DNA from: Candidatus Eiseniibacteriota bacterium
GTDB lineage: Bacteria; Eisenbacteria; RBG-16-71-46
Assembly (NCBI GenBank): GCA_963707915.1
Contig: OY970178.1
Coordinates: 3,232,001-3,296,000 of the forward strand
Direction: 5' to 3'
Length of the DNA: 64,000 nt
The translations under genes and the position numbers were made by a program. Below, in pieces: positions 8,988 through 19,626 of this stretch; the stretch's first letter is position 1, and each line of letters starts with the position of its first letter. Below the pieces are notes generated by a model. It ran no database searches. It was given only the letters and a program-made list of their open reading frames with translations, and was not told the origin of the DNA.

Positions 8988-10328
8988 ATGAGGATCCCGC
9001 GCCTGCGGGTCTCGCGGCGGCTGCGCGTGCGGATCCGCGCCCAGTGGCGCTGGTGGCGCGCCCGCTGGCGCGGCACCGCGCGCGGCGAGGTGCTGTTCCC
9101 GCCGGTCGGCCACGGCATGGTCGCGGTGGAGACCCTGGTGGGCTCGAGCGCCGAGCCCGGCAGCCCCAGCGCCACGGCGGGGCCGCGCATCGCCGTGCTC
9201 CACGCCACCGCGGGCAGCGGCCACAAGCGGGCGGCCGAGGCGCTGGCCGCGGCGGTCGCCGCGCTCGATCCGGCGGCCACGGTGCGCGAGGTGGACACTC
9301 TGGTGTTCGCCTCGCGTCTCTACCGGGGCACCTACGCGGCGTCGTACAACACCATGGCCCGGCACGCGCCGCGGCTGTGGGGGGCGCTCTACCACTCCTG
9401 GGCGATGGCCCCGGTGAACCGCAGCACCGCGCCGGTGCGGCTCACGCTCGACCGGCTCAACCTGCGCCGCCTGGTGCGCGTGGTCGAGCGCGAGGAACCG
9501 TGCGCGGTGGTGTGCACGCATTTCCTGCCGGTCGAGGCGCTCTCGCCGCGGCGCGGCCGCGGGCTGGGGGCACCGCTCTACTGCGTCATCACCGACTTCG
9601 GGGCGCACCCGTTCTGGGTGTTCCCCCACGTGGACCGCTACTTCGTCGCGGCCGAGGCGGTGGCGGACGAGCTGGCGGGGCGGGGCGTGCCGCGCGAGCG
9701 CATCGAGGTGACGGGCATCCCGGTGGACCCGCGCTTCGCGCGCCGGATCGGCCGCGAGGCGGCGCGGGCGCACTTCGGTCTCGACCCCGGGCGGCCGCTG
9801 GTGCTGGTGATGGGCGGGGGCAGCGGCGTGGGGCCGCTGGGCGGGCTGGCGGAGCGCCTCATCGGGATCGCGCGGGACGCCCAGGTGCTGGTGGTGTGCG
9901 GCACCAACGCGAGGCTGCGCGACGAGATCGACCAACTGCCCGCCGGGCGCACCGGCCGCATCCGCACCCTGGGCTTCACGCAGGAGGTGGACGTGCTGCT
10001 CGAGGCCTGCGACGCGGTGGTGGGGAAGGCCGGCGGGCTGACCTGCTCGGAGGCCCTCATCAAGCGCGCCCCGCTCGTGGTCTTCAAGCCGACCCCGGGC
10101 CAGGAGGTGCGCAACGCGGAGTTCCTCGCCTCGGCCGGTGCGGCCGTCCTGGCGGAGTCGGTCGAGGAGGTCGCGACGACCGTCGAGCGCTGGCTCGCGG
10201 AACCGGCGGCGCGCGAGCGGGTGCGCGAGGCCCAGGCCCGCCTCGCCCGGCCCGACGCGGCCGAGGTCATCGCCCGCCGCGTGCTGGCCGACATCCGGGC
10301 CGCGGCGGAATCGCCCGGCCGGGGCTGA
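8988..10328 (+). CDS. MGDG synthase/UgtP-like diacylglycerol glycosyltransferase (GT28-like)
   Basis: GSGHKRAAEAL, CTHFLP, VITDF, TGIPVDPRF, GKAGGLTCSEAL, PGQEVRN. Start may be ATG 9117. Confidence 0.88.
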   Translation: MRIPRLRVSRRLRVRIRAQWRWWRARWRGTARGEVLFPPVGHGMVAVETLVGSSAEPGSPSATAGPRIAVLHATAGSGHKRAAEALAAAVAALDPAATVREVDTLVFASRLYRGTYAASYNTMARHAPRLWGALYHSWAMAPVNRSTAPVRLTLDRLNLRRLVRVVEREEPCAVVCTHFLPVEALSPRRGRGLGAPLYCVITDFGAHPFWVFPHVDRYFVAAEAVADELAGRGVPRERIEVTGIPVDPRFARRIGREAARAHFGLDPGRPLVLVMGGGSGVGPLGGLAERLIGIARDAQVLVVCGTNARLRDEIDQLPAGRTGRIRTLGFTQEVDVLLEACDAVVGKAGGLTCSEALIKRAPLVVFKPTPGQEVRNAEFLASAGAAVLAESVEEVATTVERWLAEPAARERVREAQARLARPDAAEVIARRVLADIRAAAESPGRG

Positions 10329-10452
10329 TCCGCGCCCCGGCGCGGCACCCGCGCCCGTCCGCGCGGTGACGGACGCGGCGGCGCGAGGTAGAATGCGCGC
10401 CGCTCCCGGTCCGCGGCGGACGCCGCGGACGCACGATCACCGGAGGAATCCG

Positions 10453-11145
10453 ATGAACCCGCGCCGCCCGCTCCAGTTGTCTGCCGCCGTCCTGGCCGTC
10501 ATCGCCACCATCGTCTGCACGCTGCCCGCCGGGGCCTCGGGGCACGTCGGCCTCTACGGCGTGCGCATGACGCCCCAGGGCAGCGATGCCCGCCCGTACA
10601 GTCGCGCCGGCTGGGGGGGCGGGCTGCAGGTCGTCGCCCCGGTGCGCCCGGCAGCGAACCTCCTGGCCGGGGTCCTGGGCGTCGAGTACGTGAACCTGCT
10701 GAGCGAGACCGTGGCGTTCCAGGACGCGGTCACCGGGCTGCGCGTCGAGCAGCAGACCTCGCAGCACTACGGCCGCGCCTACCTGGGGGCCCGCGCCGGG
10801 TTGCACGGCCACGAGTTCTTCCGGCCCTACGCGGGCGCGAACCTCAGCGTGAATTTCTACGGCATCTCGACCGACGTGGTGGTGCCGAACGACGCCGACC
10901 GCCAGAACGAGATCCGCCAGGGCCTGCGCTCCGAGAACCGCGCGGCCTTCGGCTACGACCTCACGCTGGGCGTGGACCTGGACATCGCCACCCGCTTCAA
11001 CCTGGACGGCGGCGTGCGCTACGTGCAGACGTTCAACGTGCCGCAGCAGCTGGGCGAGGGCTCGGTGCCCATCGACCCCGAGTACTTCCAGGTCTTCCTC
11101 GGCTTCGGGGTCTCGTTCGACGCCTTCGCCGCCCGCAGGCCGTAG
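10453..11145 (+). CDS. Outer-membrane beta-barrel domain protein
   Basis: GGAGG SD, signal peptide, amphipathic beta strands (RPYAGANLSVNFYG, GYDLTLGVDL, FLGFGVSF). Confidence 0.7.
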   Translation: MNPRRPLQLSAAVLAVIATIVCTLPAGASGHVGLYGVRMTPQGSDARPYSRAGWGGGLQVVAPVRPAANLLAGVLGVEYVNLLSETVAFQDAVTGLRVEQQTSQHYGRAYLGARAGLHGHEFFRPYAGANLSVNFYGISTDVVVPNDADRQNEIRQGLRSENRAAFGYDLTLGVDLDIATRFNLDGGVRYVQTFNVPQQLGEGSVPIDPEYFQVFLGFGVSFDAFAARRP

Positions 11146-11157
11146 GAGGCCAGGCCG

Positions 11158-11646
11158 GTGCCCAGGATCCTCGTTCGCGACTTCACGGTCCCCGAGACCT
11201 CGATCGACGTGAACCGTCACGTCAACCACCTCGAATACCTGCGCTGGATGCAGGACGTCGCCATCGAGCACTCGTCCGCCCGGGGCTGGACGCGGGAGCG
11301 CTACGAGGCGGCGCGCATCGCCTGGGTGGTGCGCTCGCAGTCGATCGAGTACCTGCGCCCGGCCTTCGCCGGGGACGCCCTCTCGCTGCTCACCTGGGTG
11401 GCGGACCTGCGCTCGCGCAGCTCGCTGCGCAAGTACCTGGTCTGGAGGAGGAGCGACCGGCAGGTCCTGGCGCAGGCCGAGACGCGGTGGGTCCTCGTGG
11501 AAGGCGGCACCGGCCGGGCGCGCGCCATCCCCGAGGAGCTGCGCTCCGCGTTCGAGGTGGTCTCCGACCCGGACGAGGTGATGCGCCTGCTCCACGAAGG
11601 CGGTGCGGCCCGCCCGCCCGCCCCGGCGGAGGCCGCCGATGCATAG
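11158..11646 (+). CDS. Acyl-CoA thioesterase (4HBT hotdog fold)
   Basis: IDVNRHVNHLEYLRWMQD, IEYLRPAFAGD. Confidence 0.88.
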   Translation: MPRILVRDFTVPETSIDVNRHVNHLEYLRWMQDVAIEHSSARGWTRERYEAARIAWVVRSQSIEYLRPAFAGDALSLLTWVADLRSRSSLRKYLVWRRSDRQVLAQAETRWVLVEGGTGRARAIPEELRSAFEVVSDPDEVMRLLHEGGAARPPAPAEAADA

Positions 11647-11712
11647 GCCGGATCCGCTCATCCGTCGTCTCGAACGCGGGCTTCGGGCCCGGGATCACGA
11701 GGGAGGCCGCCC

Positions 11713-12336
11713 ATGAACCCGCTCACGACCGGACTGCTGGTGGTGGTTGGCGTCGCGCTGGCCGCGTGGCTCCTGCGCCGTTTCTCGGGGGACGAGGGCA
11801 TCGACCGGGAAGCGCTGGCGGGGCGCGTGGCGCCGCCGGCCTCCGGGCCCGCGGACGAGCCCGAGGAGGAGGAGGAGGAGGGCGGCGAGGCCGGGCTGGC
11901 GGCCATCACCTCGGACGGCCTGATGTTCATCCCCTTCGAGAACGGCGTGCAACTGCTGATCCCGGCGAGCCGCGAGGAGCTGGCCGAGGAGCTCGCGACC
12001 CAGGCGGTCTCGCGCGGCCGCGTGGCCGGCATGCTCTCGTGCGGCGACCTCGGCGCGGCGCGCGTGGTGCGCGGGGCGCCCGGGGTCGACCCGTGGCGGC
12101 TCGAGGCGCTGGGCCGCGACCGGGAGTACCTGTCGTGGGGCTTCGAGACCGAGGACGCCGCGCGGGCGGCGCTCGACCTGCTCGAGCGCATCGTGGTGCG
12201 CGCGCCGACGGACGGGGATGGGGAGCCGCAGATCGCCGGCGCCGCGGATTTCGCGGAGGCGCGGCGGGTCCACGAGGAGACCGAGAAGGAGCTGGCGATG
12301 ATGCCGGACGAGGAAGACTCCGAGGAGCCGAGGTGA
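11713..12336 (+). CDS. Hypothetical acidic protein with N-terminal TM helix
   Basis: GGGAGG SD, N-terminal hydrophobic helix, poly-Glu tract, typical codon usage. Confidence 0.65.
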   Translation: MNPLTTGLLVVVGVALAAWLLRRFSGDEGIDREALAGRVAPPASGPADEPEEEEEEGGEAGLAAITSDGLMFIPFENGVQLLIPASREELAEELATQAVSRGRVAGMLSCGDLGAARVVRGAPGVDPWRLEALGRDREYLSWGFETEDAARAALDLLERIVVRAPTDGDGEPQIAGAADFAEARRVHEETEKELAMMPDEEDSEEPR

Positions 12337-13007
12337 CCCGGCTGTTCCTGCTGCTCGGGGTCGTGCTCCTGCAGCTCAATCCCGAGGTCACCGGCAACCC
12401 CCGCACCCGGGGCGAGCGGCTGCACGTCATGGACGAGGCCGAGGTGGACTCGCTCGCGCCCACGACCGGGCTCCGGGTTCCCGTGCTGGTCGAGGCGCTC
12501 GAGGGCCTGCCCGCGGCGAAGGCGGAGCACGAGGCGTTCCTCAAGGGGTTCCGCGGGGCGTTCCAGGAGCGCGAGCTCCCCACCGAGCGGGTCGCGAAGC
12601 GGACCGGGCAGGTGAGCCCGGGGTCCCCGCTGCGCAACGGGCTCCGGCTCGCGGAAGGGGTGGACGAGAAGGGGGCGTGGAGCGTGCGGGTGCGGCTCGA
12701 TTGGCTCGCGGCCCCGGACAGCGCCGGCGATTCGCTGGCCCGCGCCTGGCCCGGGCGGAGTGCGCGCCTGACGGTCACCGCCGGCTGGCCCGAGGGGACG
12801 CGGCTCCCGCCGCCGGCGGTCCCGCGCGTCGATTGGCTGCGCTTCCCGGCCGGGCACCCGGTGGACGCGGCCTATTACCAGCACGCCGGCTGGCAGGTGG
12901 GCTTCGTGGCGCTCGAGGCGGTGCTGCGCGCGAAGGGCGAGCTGGGCGACGACCAGCGCCTGCGGCTCGAGGACACGCGCCGCCTCGCACCGGCCGCGAC
13001 CCGATGA
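12333..13007 (+). CDS. Hypothetical exported protein
   Basis: GTG overlapping the previous stop (GTGA), hydrophobic N-terminus VTRLFLLLGVVLL, stop overlapping the next ATG. Confidence 0.6.
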   Translation: MTRLFLLLGVVLLQLNPEVTGNPRTRGERLHVMDEAEVDSLAPTTGLRVPVLVEALEGLPAAKAEHEAFLKGFRGAFQERELPTERVAKRTGQVSPGSPLRNGLRLAEGVDEKGAWSVRVRLDWLAAPDSAGDSLARAWPGRSARLTVTAGWPEGTRLPPPAVPRVDWLRFPAGHPVDAAYYQHAGWQVGFVALEAVLRAKGELGDDQRLRLEDTRRLAPAATR

Positions 13008-14206
13008 GCGCCATGGCGCCGGCGGACGGCATGAGGTGGGCCGCGGCGTCCTCGCAGCTGCCCGACACCGTTGCCGCCGCGGCCGAGGCCGCCGGCGCGC
13101 TCGCCGCCGCGATCGGCGAGGGCCCGGTCGACCTCGTGCTCGCGTTCTTCAGTGCGCACCACGTCGCCGCGGCCGAGTCGCTCGCGCAGGCGCTGCAGGA
13201 GCGCCTGCGCCCCGGCTGCCTCGCCGGTGCGAGCGGCAACGGGGTGGTGACGAGCGAGCACGAGATCGAGGGCGCGCCTGCGCTGGCCCTGCTCGCCGCG
13301 CGCCTGCCGGGGGTCACGGTCGCCCCGTTCGTGCTGGTGCGGGAGGGCTGGGACGCGGCGCTCAGCGACCCGGCCGTCTTCGCGCAGATGGCCCCCGGGC
13401 TGGCGGGGGCGGAGCTGGTGCTGGTGCTGGGCGATCCCTTCAGTCTGCAGACGGCGGGCCTGTTCGCCGCCTGCCAGCGCCATGCTGCGGGCGTGCGGCT
13501 GGTGGGCGGGTTCACCAGCGTCGCGCCGCGGCCCGGCTCGGACGCGTTGTTCCTCAACGACTGGGTCGCCGGTGGCGGGGGGGTGGCGGTGGCGCTCGCG
13601 GGGGACATCCGCGCCGACGTGGTGGTCTCGCAGGGCTGCCGGGCGATCGGGCCGCCGCTCACCGTGACCCGGGGCGAAGGCAACGTGGTCGCCGAGTTCG
13701 ACGGCCGCCCCGCGCTCGAGCGGGTCGAGGAGGTGCTCCGCGACTTGCCCGAGGGCGAGCACGAACGGCTCCAGCGCGGGCTCTACGTGGGGCTGCCGGT
13801 CCGGCCTGACGCGGAGGGCCGCGGCGACTACCTGATCCGCGCGCTGCTGGGTGGCGACCGCGCGCGCGGCCTGATCGCGGTGGGCGACCGGATCGCGGTC
13901 GGCCAGCAGGTCCGGCTCCACGCCCGCGACGCCGGGACCGCGCGCGAGGACCTGGAGATGCTGCTCTCGCCGCAGGCCTTCGACACCCCGGCGCGGGCCG
14001 CGCTGCTCTTCGCCTGCAGCGGCCGCGGCCGGGGGCTCTACGGCGCGCCGGACGGCGACCTCGGCCCGCTGCAGGCCGCGCTCGGCGGCGTGCCGGCGGC
14101 CGGCATGTTCTGCGCCGGCGAGATCGGTCCCGTCGGCGAGCGTAATTTCGTACACTGGCACACGGCGAGCATCGCCATCATCCGGCCGGGGGCGCCCCGG
14201 CGCTGA
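13004..14206 (+). CDS. FIST-domain signal transduction protein
   Basis: DPFS, VSQGCRAIG, ALLFACSGRG, GMFCAGEIGPVGERNFVH. Confidence 0.9.
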   Translation: MSAMAPADGMRWAAASSQLPDTVAAAAEAAGALAAAIGEGPVDLVLAFFSAHHVAAAESLAQALQERLRPGCLAGASGNGVVTSEHEIEGAPALALLAARLPGVTVAPFVLVREGWDAALSDPAVFAQMAPGLAGAELVLVLGDPFSLQTAGLFAACQRHAAGVRLVGGFTSVAPRPGSDALFLNDWVAGGGGVAVALAGDIRADVVVSQGCRAIGPPLTVTRGEGNVVAEFDGRPALERVEEVLRDLPEGEHERLQRGLYVGLPVRPDAEGRGDYLIRALLGGDRARGLIAVGDRIAVGQQVRLHARDAGTAREDLEMLLSPQAFDTPARAALLFACSGRGRGLYGAPDGDLGPLQAALGGVPAAGMFCAGEIGPVGERNFVHWHTASIAIIRPGAPRR

Positions 14207-14429
14207 GCGGCCGGCCCAGTCCGATCACGCGGCATCGCCCCCGGCGCGGGGGATGCCGGCGCGCGCCGCGGCGCGCGGAGCGGTCACCCGGCGCATGGTC
14301 CCGCGGGGAGGCGCGGGAACGCCAGGCCTGTCCTGTCCGGGGTGATCCGGACGGTTCCGGAGCGCATCCAACCGTAGTCCGCAACCCCGTCCCATCCTTC
14401 CTACCCCCGGGCCGCCGCGAGGTAGTTCC

Positions 14430-15638
14430 ATGAGCACGTATCCCGACGTCTTCATCGTGGGCGCGGCACGCACGCCCATCGGCCGCTTCCTCGGCGGACT
14501 GGCGGGCCTCAAGGCCTCCGACCTGGGCGCGGTCGCGATCCGCGCGGCCATGAAACGCGCCGGCGTGACCGGCGAGCAGGTGGACGAGGTGCTCATGGGG
14601 CACGTCGTCCAGGGCGGGCAGGGGCAGGCGCCCGCGCGCCAGGCCCTGATCAAGGCCGGCATCGCCCCGACGGTGGGCGCGGTCGCCATCAACAAGGTGT
14701 GCGGCTCGGGGCTCAAGACCGTCATGCTGGGTGCGCAGGCCATCAAGGCCGGTGACGCCGGGTGCGTGGTGGCGGGCGGGCAGGAGAGCATGAGCACCGC
14801 CCCGCACTACCTGCTCAGCGGCCGCAACGGCACCAAGCTCGGCGACGTGACGCTCCGGGACGGGGCGGTCTTCGACGGGCTGTGGTGCTCGTTCAACGAC
14901 GCCCACATGATCGAGCTCGCCCAGTACACCGCCGTGAAGGCCGGGCTCAAGCGCGAGGAGCTCGACGTCTACGCGCTCGGCAGCCAGCAGAAGGCGGCGG
15001 CCGCCTGGGCGGCGGGCAAGTTCGCGGCGGAGATCGCCGAGGTCGCGATCCCGCAGCGCAAGGGCGACCCGGTGGTGGTCGCGAAGGACGAGTCGCCGCG
15101 TGCGGACACCACGCTCGAGGGGCTGGCGAGGCTGGGGCCGGTGACGAAGGACAAGGGAGGCGTGATCACCGCCGGCAACGCCCCGGGCCTGAACGACGGC
15201 GGCGCGGCCGTCGTGCTGATGAGCGGCGAGCGGGCGAAGGCGGCGGGGGCGAAGCCGCTCGCGCGGGTCGTGGCGTACGCGACCGGCGGCACGGACCCCA
15301 AGGACCTGTTCTTCGCGCCGATCGACGCGGTCCAGCGGCTGATGAAGCAGATGGGCGTGGGGATCGGCCACTTCGACCTGGTCGAGGCCAACGAGGCGTT
15401 CGCGGCGCAGGCGCTGGCCGACGGCCGCGCGCTGGGCTGGGACTGGGGGCGGGTGAACGTGAACGGCGGCGCGATCGCGCTCGGCCACCCGATCGGGGCC
15501 TCGGGCACGCGCATCCTGGTGACGCTGCTGTACGCGTTGCAGGACCGGGGCCTCAAGACCGGTCTCGCCACGCTGTGCCTGGGCGGCGGCAACGCGGTGG
15601 CGCTGGCCATCGAACGGATCCAGGGGGAGGCACGATGA
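14430..15638 (+). CDS. Acetyl-CoA C-acetyltransferase (thiolase)
   Basis: NKVCGSG, NEAFA, GGAIALGHPIGASG, CLGGG catalytic motifs. Confidence 0.97.
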   Translation: MSTYPDVFIVGAARTPIGRFLGGLAGLKASDLGAVAIRAAMKRAGVTGEQVDEVLMGHVVQGGQGQAPARQALIKAGIAPTVGAVAINKVCGSGLKTVMLGAQAIKAGDAGCVVAGGQESMSTAPHYLLSGRNGTKLGDVTLRDGAVFDGLWCSFNDAHMIELAQYTAVKAGLKREELDVYALGSQQKAAAAWAAGKFAAEIAEVAIPQRKGDPVVVAKDESPRADTTLEGLARLGPVTKDKGGVITAGNAPGLNDGGAAVVLMSGERAKAAGAKPLARVVAYATGGTDPKDLFFAPIDAVQRLMKQMGVGIGHFDLVEANEAFAAQALADGRALGWDWGRVNVNGGAIALGHPIGASGTRILVTLLYALQDRGLKTGLATLCLGGGNAVALAIERIQGEAR

Positions 15639-16544
15639 CCACGACGAGCATCACGCCGGGAGACGGCGCGTCTGCCGCGGTGAGGAAGGTCGCCGTCGTC
15701 GGCGGCGGCACCATGGGGAACGGCATCGCGCAGACGTTCGCCACCTCGGGCTTCGAGGTCGAGCTGGTGGACGTGAAGCCCGAGTTCGTCGAGCGCGCGC
15801 TGGGCGCGATCGCGAAGAGCCTCGAGCGCGTGGCGAAGAAGCAGGAATGGCCGGCGGAACGCGCGCCGGCGGTGATGGCGCGCATCCACGGCGGCACCAG
15901 CCTCGACGTCGCGAAGGACTGCGCGCTGGTGGTGGAGGCGGTCAACGAGGACTTCGGCGTCAAGCGGGCGATCTTCGAGCGGCTCGACGCCGTGGCCGCG
16001 CCGGGGACGATCTTCGCGAGCAACACCTCGAGCATCTCGATCACCGCGATCGCGGCGCTCACCCGGCGCCCGGGCCAGGTCATCGGCATGCACTTCATGA
16101 ACCCGGTGCCGGTCATGGCGCTGGTGGAGATCATCCGCGGCCTCGCCACCAGCGACGCCACGTTCGCGGTGGTCGCCGACGTGACGGCGCGCCTGGGCAA
16201 GACGCCGGTCGAGGTGAACGACTCGCCCGGGCTTCGTCTCGAACCGCATCCTGATGCCGATGATCAACGAGGCGTGCTACGCGCTGATGGAGGGCGTCGC
16301 CTCGAAGGAGGCCATCGACACGGTGATGAAGCTGGGCATGGCGCACCCGATGGGGCCGCTGCAGCTGGCCGACCTGATCGGGCTCGACGTCTGCCTGAGC
16401 ATCATGGAGGTGCTGCACCAGGGCCTGGGCGACTCGAAGTACCGCCCCTGCCCGCTGCTGCGCAGGCTGGTCGCGGCCGGGCACCTGGGGCGCAAGAGCG
16501 GACGCGGCTTCTACGAGTACCCGGAGGCCCCGAAGAAGGCGTAG
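15635..16544 (+). CDS. hbd: 3-hydroxybutyryl-CoA dehydrogenase (one frameshift at ~16230)
   Basis: [29 protein letters not shown]. An extra G in CCCGGG interrupts [18 protein letters not shown]; continues [15 protein letters not shown] in the next frame. Confidence 0.9.
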
Positions 16545-16686
16545 TCCGCACCCCGCGGCGCCACGCCCCGGTCGCACGGCCGGGGCGTGACCGCGCCGGC
16601 CGCGGGGCCGGGTCTGCTATCATGGACGGCCGTCGGGGCATCACCCGGCCGCCGCGCATGGGAACCCTCTGTCCCCTGGAGCACTC

Positions 16687-17808
16687 ATGTCGAAAGTCGC
16701 CGTTCTGCGCACCTCGCCCGAGACCGTGGTCCAGGACTATGGTCGCCTGATGGACCTCGCGGGCTATCGCCAGGTCCTGCCGTTCGACAAGCAGACCTGC
16801 CTGCGCATCAACATCTCCTGGCACGTCTACATGCCGGCCTGCTCGACCACGCCCTGGCAGATGCACGGGATCGTCGCGAAGCTCAAGGGCGACGGCTACG
16901 ACGTCTCGCGCGACCTGATCGCGGCGCAGAACGACACGGTCGTGGTCTCGTGCCGCGAGGGCGCGGTGAACAACCACCTGCAGCCGGTGCTCGACCACTT
17001 CCGGGTCCCGATCCAGTACCTGAGCGAGCCGCCCACGGAGTGGATCACCTACCAGCCGAAGTCGAAGATGCTGGTGCTCGACCGCGTGTTCGAGAAGCAG
17101 GGCATCCAGATCCCGAAGATGCTGATGGGCAAGAGCGTCATCCACATGCCCACGGTCAAGACCCACATCTTCACCGGCACCACCGGCTCGATGAAGAACG
17201 CCTTCGGCGGGCTGCTGAACCTCAACCGCCACTGGACGCACTCGGTCATCCACGAGACGCTGGTGGACCTGCTGCGGATCCAGAAGGAGATCCACCCGGG
17301 CATCCTCGCGGTGATGGACGGCACCATCGTCGGGGACGGCCCCGGCCCGCGCGCCATGCGGCCGCACGTCAAGAACTTCATCCTCGCCTCCGACGACTGC
17401 GTGGCGATCGACGCGGTCGCGGCGAAGATGATGGGCTTCGACCCGATGACCGACCTCAAGTTCATCCGCCTGGCCCACGAGCACGGCCTGGGCGTCGGCC
17501 GTCCCGAGGAGATCGAGATCGTCGGCGACGACATCCGGGGCGTGAATTTCGGTTTCCGCGGCTCGCTGGACGAGAACACCTTCGCCTCGTGGGGCCAGAA
17601 GCTCATCTACTGGGGGCCGCTGAAGCCGCTCGAGAACCTGTTGCTGCGCTCGCCCATCGTGCCCTGGAGCTACGCCGCCTCGCGGGCGTACCACGACGGC
17701 TACTGGTTCCCGGTCAAGGGCAAGCCGCGGGTGCGCGAGATCATGAAGACCGGCTGGGGCGAGCTGTTCCGCGCCTACGGCGACGGCCGGGCGCTGAAGC
17801 AGGGGTAG
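16687..17808 (+). CDS. DUF362 family (putative Fe-S) protein
   Basis: NISWH..PACSTTPWQ, PTVKTH..TTGSMKNAFGGLL, DCVAIDAVAAKMMGFDP. Confidence 0.75.
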   Translation: MSKVAVLRTSPETVVQDYGRLMDLAGYRQVLPFDKQTCLRINISWHVYMPACSTTPWQMHGIVAKLKGDGYDVSRDLIAAQNDTVVVSCREGAVNNHLQPVLDHFRVPIQYLSEPPTEWITYQPKSKMLVLDRVFEKQGIQIPKMLMGKSVIHMPTVKTHIFTGTTGSMKNAFGGLLNLNRHWTHSVIHETLVDLLRIQKEIHPGILAVMDGTIVGDGPGPRAMRPHVKNFILASDDCVAIDAVAAKMMGFDPMTDLKFIRLAHEHGLGVGRPEEIEIVGDDIRGVNFGFRGSLDENTFASWGQKLIYWGPLKPLENLLLRSPIVPWSYAASRAYHDGYWFPVKGKPRVREIMKTGWGELFRAYGDGRALKQG

Positions 17809-17889
17809 CGGGCGATCCGCCCGCGCGCCTTCGCGGGCCGGGCCCGGCGGGGGCTGGCCGCGGGGCCGGCGAGTGCTAGATTCCCCGCC

Positions 17890-18804
17890 ATGCCCGCCAT
17901 CGAGGTCGCCGGCCTGCGCAAGCGCTTCGGCCCGGTCCACGCCCTGCGCGGCGTGAGCTTCGCGCTCGAGCCGGGGGAGGTCTTCGGCTACCTCGGGCCC
18001 AACGGCGCGGGCAAGACCACGACCCTGCGCATCGCCGTCGGGCTGGTGCGCGCCGACGCCGGGGAGGTGCGCCTGCTGGGCGAGCCCGCGCGCCGCGCGA
18101 GCGCCCGCGAGCGCATCGGCTACCTGCCGGGCGAGCTGCGGTTGTGGGACGACTGGAGCGCCCGCGCACTGCTCGATCACTTCGCGCGCTGCCGCCCGTC
18201 CCGGCCGCCGGTGCTGCGCGGGCCGCTGCTCGAGGCATTCGGCTTCGCGGCGGCCGACCTCGGGCGCCGGGTGAAGTCCCTCTCCCACGGCACGCGCCGG
18301 AAGCTCGGCCTGGTGCTCGCGATGCAGCACGATCCCGACCTGCTGCTGCTCGACGAGCCCACCGCGGGCCTCGACCCGCTGGTGCAGCGCGCCTTCCGCG
18401 AGGTCGTGCTCGAGCGGGCGGCGGCGGGGCGCGCCGTGCTGCTCTCCTCCCACGTCCTCTCCGAGGTCGAGGCGGTGTGCGGCCGCGTGGCGATCCTGCG
18501 CGCCGGCGAGTTGCTCGCGCTCGAGTCCATCGAGAGCCTGCGCGCCCGCATGCTCCGGCGGGCGCGCGTGCGCTTCCGGGGCCCCGCGCCCGCCGGGCTC
18601 ACGCGCCTGGCCGGGGTCGAGCGGGCCGAGGTGGGCGGCAACGAGGCCACCCTGTGGGTGCGCGGGGACCCGAACCCGCTGCTGGCCGAGGTGGCCCGCG
18701 CCGGGGTCGAGCAGTTCGTCTTCCCCGAGCCGCAGCTCGAGGACATCTTCCTCGCCTACTACCGGGGCGGCCGCGACGCGGCGGACCCGGAGGCGCGGCG
18801 ATGA
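17890..18804 (+). CDS. ABC-2 type transporter ATP-binding protein
   Basis: Walker A GPNGAGKTT, LSHG signature, LLLDEPTAGLDP, SSH. Confidence 0.93.
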   Translation: MPAIEVAGLRKRFGPVHALRGVSFALEPGEVFGYLGPNGAGKTTTLRIAVGLVRADAGEVRLLGEPARRASARERIGYLPGELRLWDDWSARALLDHFARCRPSRPPVLRGPLLEAFGFAAADLGRRVKSLSHGTRRKLGLVLAMQHDPDLLLLDEPTAGLDPLVQRAFREVVLERAAAGRAVLLSSHVLSEVEAVCGRVAILRAGELLALESIESLRARMLRRARVRFRGPAPAGLTRLAGVERAEVGGNEATLWVRGDPNPLLAEVARAGVEQFVFPEPQLEDIFLAYYRGGRDAADPEARR

Positions 18805-19601
18805 GGAACCTGCTGCGCGCCATGGCCGCGCGCCACGCGGCGTTCGTCCTCCTGAGCGGCCTGATGCTGGCGGGGTTCCAGTTCCTGATCTGCGCGGCGG
18901 TCGCCTCGGTGGACGTGAGCGGGGCGATCGAGACGCTCCTGCAGTCGCTGCCGCCGATGTTGCAGTCCGTGGTGTCCGCCACCCTGTTCGGCGGGTTCTC
19001 CGTGCACGGATTGCTGGCCTTCGGCTGGAACCACCCGGTCGCGCAGGCGATCGGGGCGGCGGTGGCGATCGTGCTGGCGGCGGGCGCGGTGGCGGGCGAG
19101 ACGGAGAGCGGCGCGATCGAGCTGCTGCTGAGCCAGCCGCTCTCCCGCGCGCGCTACTTCGCGGCGCAGGCCGGCTTCGCGCTCGCGGTCCTCGCGTTGC
19201 TCGGCCTCGCGGGTGTGGGGGGCACGCTCCTCGGGCAGCACGTGTTCCGGCTCGAGCCGTTCGCCGGGGCCGCGCTCGCGCGGCTCGGCGCGAGCTACCT
19301 GCTGCTGCAGTGCGCGTGGTTCGGCGTCACCCTGCTGTTCTCGGCGTTCGGGCGCGCGGGCGGGCGCGCGGCGGGCGCCGGGTTCCTGGTCGCGCTCGCC
19401 TCCTACGTCGTGCAGGTCATCGGTCAACTCTGGGAACGCGCCGCGTGGCTGGCCCCGTTCACGCTCCAGCACTACTTCCGGCCGCAGGACGTCCTGGTGA
19501 GGGGCGCGGGCATCGCCCGGTCGGCGGCGGTGCTGCTCGGAGTGACGCTCCTGACGACGGCCGTGGCGTGGTGGCGCTTCCGCAGGCGCGACCTGCCGTG
19601 A
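18801..19601 (+). CDS. ABC-2 type transporter permease
   Basis: AGETESGAIELLLSQPLSR motif, about six TM helices, ends FRRRDLP. Confidence 0.88.
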   Translation: MRNLLRAMAARHAAFVLLSGLMLAGFQFLICAAVASVDVSGAIETLLQSLPPMLQSVVSATLFGGFSVHGLLAFGWNHPVAQAIGAAVAIVLAAGAVAGETESGAIELLLSQPLSRARYFAAQAGFALAVLALLGLAGVGGTLLGQHVFRLEPFAGAALARLGASYLLLQCAWFGVTLLFSAFGRAGGRAAGAGFLVALASYVVQVIGQLWERAAWLAPFTLQHYFRPQDVLVRGAGIARSAAVLLGVTLLTTAVAWWRFRRRDLP

Positions 19602-19626
19602 CGGCGGGGGGCCGGCGGGTGGCGGC

